Shown one piece after another: positions 1 to 10,997 of a stretch of 64,000 nucleotides of DNA. Under the pieces are notes generated by a model. The model worked only from the letters and a program-made list of their open reading frames with translations, was not told the origin of the DNA and ran no database searches. The position numbers and the translations under genes were made by a program. The stretch is from Octopus sinensis (taxonomy: Eukaryota). Every line of letters starts with the position of its first letter. The first letter of the stretch is position 1. The stretch spans positions 79,236,001 through 79,300,000 of the forward strand of contig NC_043003.1 of assembly GCF_006345805.1 (NCBI RefSeq). The letters are read 5' to 3'.

Positions 1-422
1 ATATATGTATCTATATATATGTATCTATATATATATGTATCTATATATATATGTATCTATATATATATGTATCTATATATATATGTATCTATATATATGT
101 ATCTATATATATGTATCTATATATATGTATCTATATATATGTATCTATATATATGTATCTATATATATGTATCTATATATATATGTATCTATATATATAT
201 GTATCTATATATATATGTATCTATATATATATGTATCTATATATATGTATCTATATATATGTATCTATATATATGTATCTATATATATATTATATATATT
301 ATATATATGTATCTATATTATATATGTATCTATATATATGTATCTATATATATATATATATGTACTATATATATATGTATGTATATATATATATATGTAT
401 GTATATATATATATATGATCTA

Positions 423-484
<62 letters not shown>

Positions 485-683
485 TATATATATATATATA
501 GATATATATATATATATATATATAGTATCTATATATATATATATATATGTATCTATAATATATATATATATGTATCTATATTATATATATATATGTATCT
601 ATATATATATATATATGTATCTATATATATATATATGTATCTATATATATATGTATGTATATATATATATATACGTATGTATC

Positions 684-728
<45 letters not shown>

Positions 729-754
729 ATAATATATATATATACGTATGTATC

Positions 755-812
<58 letters not shown>

Positions 813-841
813 CATATATATATAATGTATGTACATATATA
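1..841. repeat. Compound TA-rich microsatellite/minisatellite (TATCTATATATATG-like units grading into (TA)n)
   Basis: Direct sequence; the ORFs at 5..913 are Y/I/M/C low-complexity translations of this repeat. Confidence 0.95.
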
Positions 842-2469
842 CAGTTGCGGCCAAAATGTTCAGAATGGCATTGTTTTCGTCAGAAAAGTAAGTATAAGTT
901 TTTATTAAAGTAGTTTTATATTCTATAATTTTCACAGACAATAAATACAATATTAATTGTTATTGTCTGAGATTTTGGTGTAATTTGAGAGGAAAATTCA
1001 AAAGTTATGGATGATTTAGGGATTTTCTGCAAAACCCATGGTGACCAAAATGATCAGAACGATTGAAAAAATAACAAAATAATCAAAAATGACAGAGAAT
1101 ACTGGAATTATTTAATATTTAGTGTGAAGCCCTTTAGCTTCAATCACACTCTGACATCTTCGACTGCATGAGGAAATTAAATTTTCAATTTCTTGCTGGG
1201 TGATCTTATTCCATTCTTCCTGAAGGGCATTCGATAATTGCTCCGTTGTTTTAGGATTTCTGGCTTTCGAACGTTCTCCTAGAATATTCCATACATTTTC
1301 AATAGGATTGAGATCTGGGCTTTGAGTAGGCCAATCCATAACAATAACCTTCTCAGCCTTGAGGAAGTTCATGACCACTTTAGCCTTGTGACATGGGGCA
1401 TTGTCCTGCATGAATATGGGTGGTCGCTTAGTTGAATTTCTCAGCACAGGCAAGATATGATCTTTTACAAATTGTTTATAAACTCCTGCATTTACCTTTC
1501 CATGTAATCGCACCAAAGGGCCCACACCATCTCCAGATATCATCCCCCAAACCATGACACTTCCTCCATCGAATTTAACACTAGTCTTAAGGCATTTAGG
1601 CGACAATTTTTCACCTACTTTTCTATGAACGTACCTTTTCCCATCTGAGCCAAATAACATAAACTTAGATTCATCACTGAAATGCACCATTTGCCATTTT
1701 GCTTGAGACCACAACACATGTTCGGTTGCAAAGGTAAGACAACACTTTTTATTCTTGGAGCTGATCAGTGGCTTCACTGCAGGTGCTCTTGCTTGTAGGT
1801 CATGTTCAACTAAACGACGAGACACAGTTTTTCGAGATAAAGTTTTCTTCAATACAATGCTCAATTTCCGAGAAACAGTAGCAGCAGTTTTAAATCTGTC
1901 CTTTTTAACCAACTTTACCATAGCATGATCTTCTCTCTTGGTCGTTTTTCTTGGCCTACCTGTAAACTTTCTTGCTTCACACGAACCACAATCATCGTAG
2001 ACCTTAAGAATACCGTGTACAACACTTTTTGACTTGTTAACAATCTTTGCAATAGATCCAATACTTAAATTATCCTTCCTTCGAAGCCTAATAATCTGCT
2101 GACGAATTGGTAACGGAGTAAGTGGCATTATATTAACAAAGTACACTGCAAATATTCTTACTAATGTTTAGTAAAAGAACCGTCACGTAAACAAATTCAA
2201 AACATTAGAGTTCGCCGGTTAAATATACTAAAACATGGAGTAAAAGCAACCGTTCTGATCATTTTGGCCACCATGGGTTTTGCAATAAATCACTAAATCA
2301 TCCATAACTTTTGTATTATCCTCTCAAATTACACCAAAATCTCAGGCAATAACAAATTATATCGTATTTATTGTCTGTGAAAATTATAGAATATAAAACA
2401 ACTTTGATAAAAAATTATATCTACTTTCTGACGAAAACAATGCTGTTCTGAACATTTTGGCCGCCACTG
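842..2469 (-). mobile_element. Full-length Tc1/mariner DNA transposon (Tc1 family, IR/DR-type long TIRs)
   Basis: Starts CAGTTGCGGCCAAAATGTTCAGAA (842) and ends TTCTGAACATTTTGGCCGCCACTG (2469), with TA on both sides (840-841, 2470-2471). About 220-bp imperfect TIRs (842-1061, 2251-2469) each carry an outer and an inner direct repeat (GG(T/C)(G/C)(A/G)CCAAAATG(A/T)TCAGAA). Encloses a transposase ORF. Confidence 0.96.
1112..2128 (-). CDS. Tc1-family DD34E transposase, uninterrupted ORF (338 aa from the ATG at 2128)
   Basis: N-terminal HTH (LSIGSIAKIVNKSKSVVHGILK), GRPRK linker, catalytic FSDESKF, FMQDNAPCH and WPTQSPDLNPIENVW; 34 residues between the second D and E. The track ORF starts at an upstream GTG (2146). 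Confidence 0.95.
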   Translation of the reverse strand: MPLTPLPIRQQIIRLRRKDNLSIGSIAKIVNKSKSVVHGILKVYDDCGSCEARKFTGRPRKTTKREDHAMVKLVKKDRFKTAATVSRKLSIVLKKTLSRKTVSRRLVEHDLQARAPAVKPLISSKNKKCCLTFATEHVLWSQAKWQMVHFSDESKFMLFGSDGKRYVHRKVGEKLSPKCLKTSVKFDGGSVMVWGMISGDGVGPLVRLHGKVNAGVYKQFVKDHILPVLRNSTKRPPIFMQDNAPCHKAKVVMNFLKAEKVIVMDWPTQSPDLNPIENVWNILGERSKARNPKTTEQLSNALQEEWNKITQQEIENLISSCSRRCQSVIEAKGLHTKY

Positions 2470-2479
2470 TATATAGTAT

Positions 2480-4020
2480 GGGGATTTAGTTCACAGGTAA
2501 TCTAAATGGTTAGGCATGCCAGGTAAGTGCTGTAACGGATTACTGGGACTCCAAGGTTATAGCCAAGACGGTAGTTATGGACCCATTGTAGATTTCCCAT
2601 GCAGCGGATATGAAATTGTTAAACAGGACGTCAAACATTAAGGCAAGGCAAACATCTCAAGTCATATACAATATTATTATAGAAAGAAATTCAAAATCTT
2701 ACAGCTGTTTCTGGTATACCTGCGAGTATGGGATATCCAGTCATCAGAGACAAATTGGGGAAGAAAATAGGGAAAATGAGAATGGTATATATTAATAAGA
2801 TGATGACATAGAGGAAGGGAGTAAAAGAATAAGGAGATGGAAAGAAAGAAGAAAAGAGGAGTATAAAATTTCATAGTTCAGCCTTCTGATGTTGTAGAAA
2901 CAAGAGCATATGTCCTTAGTTGCAATCCTACATAGATCCATGAGCATAAGTCCTTAGTTACAATCTTTCCTATATCCACGTGGGTTAAAATGCTGATATA
3001 GTAGACATCCCAAGAAATAAGATGTGAGCATATCAACATTCAATAACAGAATGGTAGTGGAGGTGACTATTAAGTGGTAAAAATAAAGAAAAGAAATAGA
3101 AAGATAGGTAGATAGAGTGAGGTGGGGGGATTTTAAGGATTGGCTATAGGATAAAGTAAAGTGCATAGGTATATGGGGTCTAAGAATTGTGTACAGAGTA
3201 GCAAAGAAGATAAGAGAGATAGGATGAGGAGTTAGAAGAAGATAGGGTAAAAAAATAGAGTGAAATGAAAGGAATTCTAAAGAGAGTGGTAGGTGTCTGG
3301 TAGTCTTAAAGTCTAAAGTTGTTGGGGAGGACATTTAGTACTAATTGCTTGTATCCATTCTGGCTAAGATCAGTGGCTGTAGAGTTATTTTTAGCAATGG
3401 GGTTGTGGCATGTAGGTAATAAAGAAAGGAAAAGCTAGTTAAATGTTTAATTATTTATAAGTGGGAGTTAGACTTAGGGGTTTATATTAGGGGATTTACT
3501 GGATTAAAGTTTTTAAATAAATTAAGGATAAATTAAAGAATTAATATTAATCTCATAGTGTGATGAGGTAAGGTTGATAGAAATGAGGTAAGGTTAATGG
3601 AAATGAGGTAAGACAGAAGGTAGAAATAAGAGTTATAGAGATATAGAAGGGGTATGTGTTAGTGATCATAGGTGTTTGTATGTGGGTGCTATTCGGGGGA
3701 GGGGAGCTTACATTTAGATTTATGAAAGAATTTAAAAGTGCAGAAGAATTTGTGCATACACGTAATGAAGGCCTTGTTGTAGTTATTAAGTAATTGTGGT
3801 GAGTTGCAGGTTAGAATTTTGAGAGCTTCTTTTAAGTAGAGTCCACAACTGGAGCGTTGACCCTGATATGGGGTTCCGAAGTCTTTTATAGCCCAGGAAA
3901 GTTTATACTGTATTTTTATATTAATTAGATGGTGTACATGGCTGGATAGTGATGTGGAATTGCTATTCTCCTTATATTTAAATGAGTTTAAATGTTCTAC
4001 ATTTAAGAGATGAGAAATTA
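2480..4020 (-). mobile_element. Decayed Penelope-like retroelement 3' part (GIY-YIG endonuclease C-terminus plus downstream region)
   Basis: ORF 3689..4027 reads NSFKYKENSNSTSLSSHVHHL...YKLSWAI...PYQGQRSSCGLYLKEALKIL...LLNNYNKAFITCMHK, matching the PLE pattern T-x-LS-x-H...W-x-I...C-x-LC-x-x-E...LLN...C-x-H. A hammerhead-like motif lies at 2696-2751. Boundaries approximate. Confidence 0.7.
2696..2751 (-). ncRNA. Candidate type I hammerhead ribozyme (PLE-type)
   Basis: Minus strand gtct-CTGATGA-c-tggatatc...ggtatacca-GAAAC-agct-GTA-agat: both core boxes, stem II, palindromic stem III (ACAGCTGT), short stem I; one extra nt after A9. Confidence 0.5.
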
Positions 4021-4342
4021 TGTACATTATTTACATTTGACCGATATTTGTCCTCATCTTGCTTGTTGTTAACACGTTTTGGCTAATATACCCTTCAGCC
4101 TTCATCAGGTGTCTGAGGGAAATTTCAAACTTGGGTTCTCGTTCCTAAGGTAGTTTTGATGTTGTTGTTGTTATTATTATTATTATTATTATTATTGTTA
4201 TTATTATTATTATTATTCAGGTCACTACTTGGAATCGAACTCAGAATCTTTGGGTTAGTTGCCCATGCTCTTAACCATATGCCCACAAGTATATGGCGTA
4301 ATGGTTAAGAGCATGGGCTACTAACCCCAAGATTCCGAGTTC
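4020..4342 (-). mobile_element. SINE-like element with tRNA-like head, (AAT)n linker and Penelope-type tail; head folded back
   Basis: Near-identical to 29095-29490; tail carries a damaged CTGATGA...AAAAC motif; 4237-4277 and 4302-4342 are inverted copies. Confidence 0.65.
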
Positions 4343-4343
4343 A

Positions 4344-4826
4344 TGCTTATAGTTGGTACTATTGTGGTCACATGATCGAAGTTTGAGCCTGATCAAACCA
4401 TTTTTCCTTCTGGCTTTGCAGTGTAAGCATGGCCGCTCCACTAGCAATGTGCACCAAAGAACAAAGAGCAGTGACCTGATTTCTCTGGTCAGAAGGTGTG
4501 TCAGGTGCTGAAATTCATCAGAGGCACAATACAGGGACAGTGCACTACCACATAGAAGTGTGTATGAGTGGAGTTTAAAAGTGGCTGGACAAGAGGGAGC
4601 AGGACGCCCGTCAACCTCCACCACCGATGAGAAGATTCAAAAAGCTCAAGAGATGGTAATGGTGAACCGGTTCACCATTACCATTTCTTGGATCATTGCT
4701 TTTTGTCCTTCTTTGGTGCATATTGCTAGTGGAGTGGCCATGCTTACACTGTAAAGCCAGAAAGAAAAATTGAGTGGTTAGACTCAAACTTCGATCACAC
4801 GACCACAATAGTACCAACTATAAGCA
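4344..4826 (+). mobile_element. Mariner 5' fragment with fold-back inverted duplication
   Basis: Decayed transposase start MAAPLAMCTKEQRAV..FLWSEGVSGAEIH..QYRDSALPHRSVYEW..GRPSTSTTDEKIQKAQEMVMVNR; turns at the palindrome 4647-4690; about 4344-4480 is repeated inverted at about 4691-4826. Confidence 0.8.
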
Positions 4827-4913
4827 CGTATGCACAGAAGTCAGTGTGACAATAATAAAGATTTGTTATGGCAAAAGCATGGATAATTTTTGGCTTACCC
4901 TCATACACATATG

Positions 4914-4952
<39 letters not shown>

Positions 4953-4980
4953 GTGTTTGTATGATTGTGTATAGAGGGAT

Positions 4981-5368
4981 ATATATTATTCAAAGGAATT
5001 CCAACTCTGTCTGTTTTTTATGTTTTATTTATATATTTTATAATATTAATGTAGAATATAGAATATATAGTATAAATTAGTATATATAGTAAAATGAAAT
5101 GAAGTATTGATTGTCTTATTGAATAGGTGAAATATTGAAACACTCCTGTCATAATCTGGGACCTTGAAGACTGCTTTAATGCAAGAAAGTATACTAGTCC
5201 CTTAATATTTGATATTCAATATTTCATCTATTCAATAAGACAATCAATAGTTCATTTCATTTTACTATATATACCAATTTATACTATATATTCTATATTC
5301 TACATTAATATTATAAAGAATATAAATAAAGCATATAAACAGAGTTGGGATTCCTTTAAATAATATAT
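4981..5368. repeat. Long inverted repeat (arms 4981-5139 / 5215-5368, about 75-bp spacer)
   Basis: Arms are reverse complements with few mismatches and one small indel. Confidence 0.9.
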
Positions 5369-5393
5369 ATATATATTATATATATATATATAT

Positions 5394-5663
5394 ATAATGT
5401 AAAGTATAGAAGCCATTTTAGCATGGCTAACCACATAGGGGAGGGGGTGTTACTGTAGCTTTATAGCCCCAGGAGATCGTCGTCTCCAGCTGGCTTTAGA
5501 CACCATTTCAGTGCCCTTGAAGTATTTGCAAATACTTCAAGGGCACTGAAATGGTATCTAAAGCCAGCTCGAGACGACGATCTCCTGGGGCTATAAAGCT
5601 ACAGTAACACCCCCTCCCCTATGTGGTTAGCCATGCTAAGATGGCTTCTATACTTTACATTAT
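5394..5663. repeat. 270-bp spacerless palindrome centred on TTTG|CAAA (5528/5529)
   Basis: Arms differ at 3 positions by eye; arm sequence is related to the repeat at 21700-21780 and to 25025-25065. Confidence 0.92.
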
Positions 5664-5833
5664 CGAGCGATTACTGTTTCAATCTCATTCTGAGATTTAA
5701 TAATGCTATATATATATAAATTAGAAATGGAAACCAAAACAATAAATTGAACAGTTAAATAATTTAATCAATAAATGATAAATTCAATTCAATTTTATTA
5801 TTTTATACAAACAAATGACATGTCTCATAAATT

Positions 5834-5871
<38 letters not shown>

Positions 5872-6949
5872 AGAGAGAGATATGTATGTGTGTATGTGTG
5901 TGAGGAAGAAGTAGACCCACTGGGCCTCACTGAGAAGATGACAAAGGATCAGGACTTGTTGTGATTTGCTGTACATGAGAAGACATATCAAACTAAGTAA
6001 AATTGTGGTCATCCATACAGACAGGCATGTCTTTTATGACCATGCCCCTACTCCCTCTCCAATCTGAGAGGTCTTTGTCTTGCAGGTGCCAGTGCCTCAT
6101 AAAATTCACTCATGCCAGTGCTACGTAAAAACACCCGATCCACGTGGTTCAGGGCTCAATCCCACTGCATGGCACCTTGGGCAGGTGTCTCCTTCCATTG
6201 TCTCAGTCAACCAAAGCCTTGTGAGTGGATTTGATACATGGAAACTGAAAAAAAAACAGCACGCGCATATGTGTGTGTGTGTGTGTGTGTGTGTATCTTT
6301 GTCACTCACCATCACCCCCACAACCACCACTTAATAACTCATATTGGTGTATTTATTTCCCTGTAACTTAGTGGATCAGCAAATGAAAGTGACATAGTAA
6401 GTACAAGGCTTAAAACAAACAAGTAAGTACTGGAAGCAATTTGTTCAACTAAAATTCTTCAAAGCAATGCCCCAGCATGGCCACAGTCTAATAACTGAAA
6501 AAAGTAATAGGTACAAGATTTTTAAAATGCAATATTATTGTTCAAATCAAAAGATGACTCAGCATCTCTCAGTAATTTAAATATTGATATTTTTTATTCT
6601 AATAAAAGCAAGTGTTAAAAATTTTTTATAATAGTTATTACAGGGTAAGGTGTTACTTGGGAGATATTTGGCTTTTATTTCTAGCCAGATGTGTGACCAC
6701 ATAAAGATTTCCTCACTGCTGCTTTCCATGATAGCAATTTCCTACTAGATGCACATGAGCAATCAAGACAAAAATGAACTTGTGATTGGGATACAAACAT
6801 GACTACAGTTATATCACAACTGTCTACTATTTCATTGATAGTCAATACTGTATTGACTGGAGATGGAAAGATAGCTGTATTGATTTGACTGGCTGCAACT
6901 AATAGGATAGGTGGACCTGAAGATCACATGGGTAGAAGGCAAGCTTCTT

Positions 6950-7330
6950 ATTTCTTTATTGCCCTCAAGGGGCTAAATACAGAGGGGACAAACAAAGACA
7001 GACAAAGGAATTAAGTCGATTACATCGACCTCAGTGTGTAACTGGTACTTAATTTATCGACCCCGAAAGTATGAAAGGTAAAGTCGACCTTGGCGGAATT
7101 TGAACTCAGAACGTAACAGCAGACGAAATACCTATTTCTTTACACAAGGGGCTAAACATGGAGAGGACAAACAAGGACAGACAAACGGATTAAGTCGATT
7201 ATATTGACCCTAGTGCATAACTGGTACTTATTTAATCGACCCCGAAAGGATGAAAGGCAAAGTCAACCTCAGCAGAGTTTGAACTCAGAATGTAACGGCA
7301 GACGAAATACCATTATGCATTTCACTGGCT
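6950..7330 (-). mobile_element. SINE family B, two tandem partial copies
   Basis: Shares GTCGATTACATCGACC..ACTGGTACTTAATTTATCGACCCCGAAAGGATGAAAGGCAAAGTCGAC with the copies at 19203, 37105 and 52322. Confidence 0.75.
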
Positions 7331-7481
7331 TCAATCTTCCCTTTATATCGAGTCCACCAAATGATAGAGACGAGATTAGTGATTCAATGATGCATATACT
7401 CCTTGTTTGGCTCCTTTCAATATAGCTGAATCTGAGAGTGGGAGAAAAACAGCCCCAGTATTTAACAGATACTTTCCTTTT

Positions 7482-7876
7482 TTACTCTTTTACTCTTTTA
7501 CTTGTTTCAGTCATTTGACTGCAGCCATACTGGAGCACCACCTTTAGTCGAGCAAATCAACCCCAGGACTTGTTCTTTGTAAGCCTAGTACTTATTCTAT
7601 CAGTCTCTTTTGCTGAACCGCTAAGTTACGGGGATGTAAACACACCAGCATTGGTTGTCAAGCGATGTTGGGGGACAAACATACACACACACATATATAC
7701 ATATACATATATACGACAGGCTTCTTTTCAGTTTCCATCTACTAAATCTACTCACAAGGCTTTGGTCGACCCGAGGCTATAGTAGAAGACACTTGCTCAA
7801 GGTGTCATGCAGTGGGACTGAACCTGGAACCATGTGGTTGGTAAACAAGCTACTTACCACACAGCCACTCCTGTGC
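7482..7876 (-). mobile_element. SINE family A (tRNA-derived head, CORE-like middle, AAGAGTA tail)
   Basis: Reverse complement of the 31317-31735 copy. Confidence 0.85.
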
Positions 7877-8140
7877 CTGAAGGATGACAGGCAAAATCAG
7901 CCTAAGAATGCAAGGAACCAGAGTAAACACTGAAGGTATTCTATTGACTCAGCTAATGGGTTGTTTTCAATCATAAGTCCTTTTAATCAGAGCTGACTCA
8001 GCTCTAAACAACACATAAGAAAATCAAGTTTAACCACTCCTTTTATTAATGTAAATACTTATGTAAATACACATAAAATAAACCTGTTGTTATATTGTGC
8101 TTTCCTGAGATGATAATCAGTAATTTCTATTTTTAAACAG

Positions 8141-8349
8141 GTAATAGCTGGGGTGTCGATCCCGTTACGAACGAAGGATGCATAGGATGTGGTAATCAAG
8201 AACAATTCTATGGCTGTGCTGACGTCACCATTTTCCCAGATCCTAACAAAACATCTTCAGCTTCAAAATTTACTTGGAACAAATATTATTTGTGGTTGCT
8301 TCTAACTGCTGCTCTTGTCACTGGTTCAGTTTATTCTGCAAATATCTGA
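8141..8349 (+). CDS. Terminal coding exon of an AA15-type lytic polysaccharide monooxygenase (chitin-binding type-4/LPMO fold) with hydrophobic C-terminal tail
   Basis: Acceptor ttttaaacag|GT; reads (G)NSWGVDPVTNEGCIGCGNQEQFYGCADVTIFPDPNKTSSASKFTWNKYYLWLLLTAALVTGSVYSANI*. GN-x-WG...GCG-x-QE-x-F-x-x-CAD(V/I)-x-I is the conserved end of animal AA15 catalytic domains. AATAAA at 8352-8357. Upstream exons not found in the window. Confidence 0.85.
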
Positions 8350-8506
8350 AAAATAAACTATTGCTGACTTTTTAATGAACCACATTCCATAGACTTACAA
8401 ATAATCACAACTTAATCTTTACATGTATGGGGTGTATGTGCATGCGTATGTATGTGGGTATATATATATCTGTGTGTGTATATATATATATATATATTAG
8501 TATATT

Positions 8507-8592
<86 letters not shown>

Positions 8593-8953
8593 TTACTTGT
8601 GTCAATATATACACTTACTTGCATCAATATATATATATCATCATCATCATCATCATCATCATCATTTAGCGTCCGTTTTCCATGCTAAATGATGATGATG
8701 ATATATATATATATTGATGTTTGTTTTTCTGTTCAATTATAGTTCAAACAATTTTACATTAATCTAATGGGTTACTCTATGTTTTTGTAGAGTACAAATT
8801 ATTATTTTTATACAAGAATGTTGCTGATGGTTATTTTGATATTTCGACCATTTAAACCATCATTGGCAGTCTGATGATGGCTTAGCTGGCCAAAACTTCA
8901 AAGTCACTGTCAATAACATTTTGTATAAGAATAGTGAATAAATAAATAAATAG

Positions 8954-9037
<84 letters not shown>

Positions 9038-9069
9038 ATGTATATGTTTATGTAAGTATGTGTATATTA

Positions 9070-9122
<53 letters not shown>

Positions 9123-9350
9123 TATATATATATTTACTGTTAATAAAAGCGGTGTGCATGTGTAGAGTTATTTAATAAATGAAACCATGCATAGTAAATA
9201 AACAACACCAGATAAAAAAACCAATACATGCATACATACATACATATATATATATATATATGTATGTATGTGTGTGTGTGTATATATATACACAGACACA
9301 CACGTGTATATACATACATATATATATACATATATACAGACACACTCACA

Positions 9351-9386
<36 letters not shown>

Positions 9387-9488
9387 AGTAAGTGTATAGG
9401 TGCAAAACAAGGTTGGAATAATAGTATTATTAAAGCTCCAAAACATTTTTGTCACTCTTAATAAAAAAGTATATGTATATATATATAT

Positions 9489-9532
<44 letters not shown>

Positions 9533-9535
9533 GTG

Positions 9536-9566
<31 letters not shown>

Positions 9567-10997
9567 GGGTGGTTGTTGAGTGATATAGAAATTTTTTTCT
9601 TTTTTTTGTTGAATAATTATCAAACGGACATTTATAAAGTCCTTTTGATGAATTTTGGAGGGATAGCTGGTTAATTCAGTGTTTATTTAATTTCTATGGT
9701 AATTATGTTAGTATGATATTATTCTTTAGAAAGTTTCTTTCTTATGTAAACTATGTAATTTTCAATTATTTATCTTGATTTTTAGTAATGATTATTATAA
9801 ATAATTAATGCAATCTAATCCATAATGTTATTTGCTATTTGACAAGAGATGATATAGTATTTTAAATATATAATTTTGTTACTTACCCATAGATAAATAA
9901 CATATTGTTATCATAATAACATGTATTTTTTTAATAATATGAAAACATGAAAGGGATATTTCTTATTTTGCCATGGTTTTTTAAATATTAAAAAAAATAT
10001 TGTTCTTAGTATTTTAAAAAAAACTAATGAGCTAAGATATATTTAGATTAAAATACTTAATAGTATACAAATATATTTCATGACGATTATATTGGTAGTA
10101 TATTTTTTATCTTTGTTTTTATTTTTAATTATTGACATTCACACTTGGAAACAAATATATTTAAGTTCAGTCTTTTCTTGGATCTGTGAATCCTTATATA
10201 TAAAAAAATTGCACTGAGGAGATTCTTGTCCACAAACAACGGATTTTCATAATTTTATTATGGGTAAGAATCGAAATAATTGTATGTAATTTGTATTTCA
10301 TATTTATTATATATTATATTGTTATATTATTATAAGAATATAATATAATAGAGTATTATGTTAATGAATTTTAAATTTAAATTTTTGAATTGCAAATTAT
10401 TCTATATATCTTCATTTTCAATTCATTTTTATAAATTTAATATATACCATGTGATTTGTAAGGCTTTTTCTGCAAAATTGGGTATTTAACAGTGGAGCCA
10501 GGGAAAGATTAGATGATGTTTTCATCCCTATTTTCCTTATATATATATATAAAGGCACCTATGTTTGTGTATGCCTTTGTGTCTCTATATCTTTGTATTG
10601 GAAAGAAATATTTATTATGAATCAAAAACAGATAAACTATAACTTCCGTTAACTAATGACTTTGGTTTGTCTTATTTTGTTCATCTACGTTATTGCTTTC
10701 ATGCCTTCAAAATAAAATATAATATAAATAAAATGGTTTTGCTGAATATTTTGACATGTGAGATAGAAATTGCATTTTGGCCTCGAAGAACCTTAAGCAG
10801 CAACGGCTACCCAAATAGACCCATGGTTTGGAGAGTTGTCACCTGAGTGATGCAAAGGTATCATCTACCAGGAGTGTGGAATTACTAGCAAATATAGTAA
10901 AGTAGTAGTAGTAGTAGTAGTGTGGGAACATGCACTGTAACAGCATGTCATGGCATCCACCATTTCTTGGTGATTCCCCATGCCAGGTGGATGACAC

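Noticed and set aside
5-950. Long Y/I/M/C-rich ORFs here, and similar ORFs at 8405-9674, 25483-25996, 27121-28688 and 50866-51297
   Set aside because: Translations of (TA)n, (TG)n and (TATG)n microsatellites that happen to lack stops; no protein features.
5830-8140. Upstream LPMO exons (expected C-x-x-C-V-L-Q-W-x-Y motif)
   Set aside because: Not found; CIDWRW near 6850 lacks splice sites and the correct context.
10080-10270. Short hydrophobic ORF (MTIILVVYFLSLFLF...) and a nearby GTAAG donor
   Set aside because: Expected by chance in very T-rich DNA; the stop precedes the donor and there is no homology.
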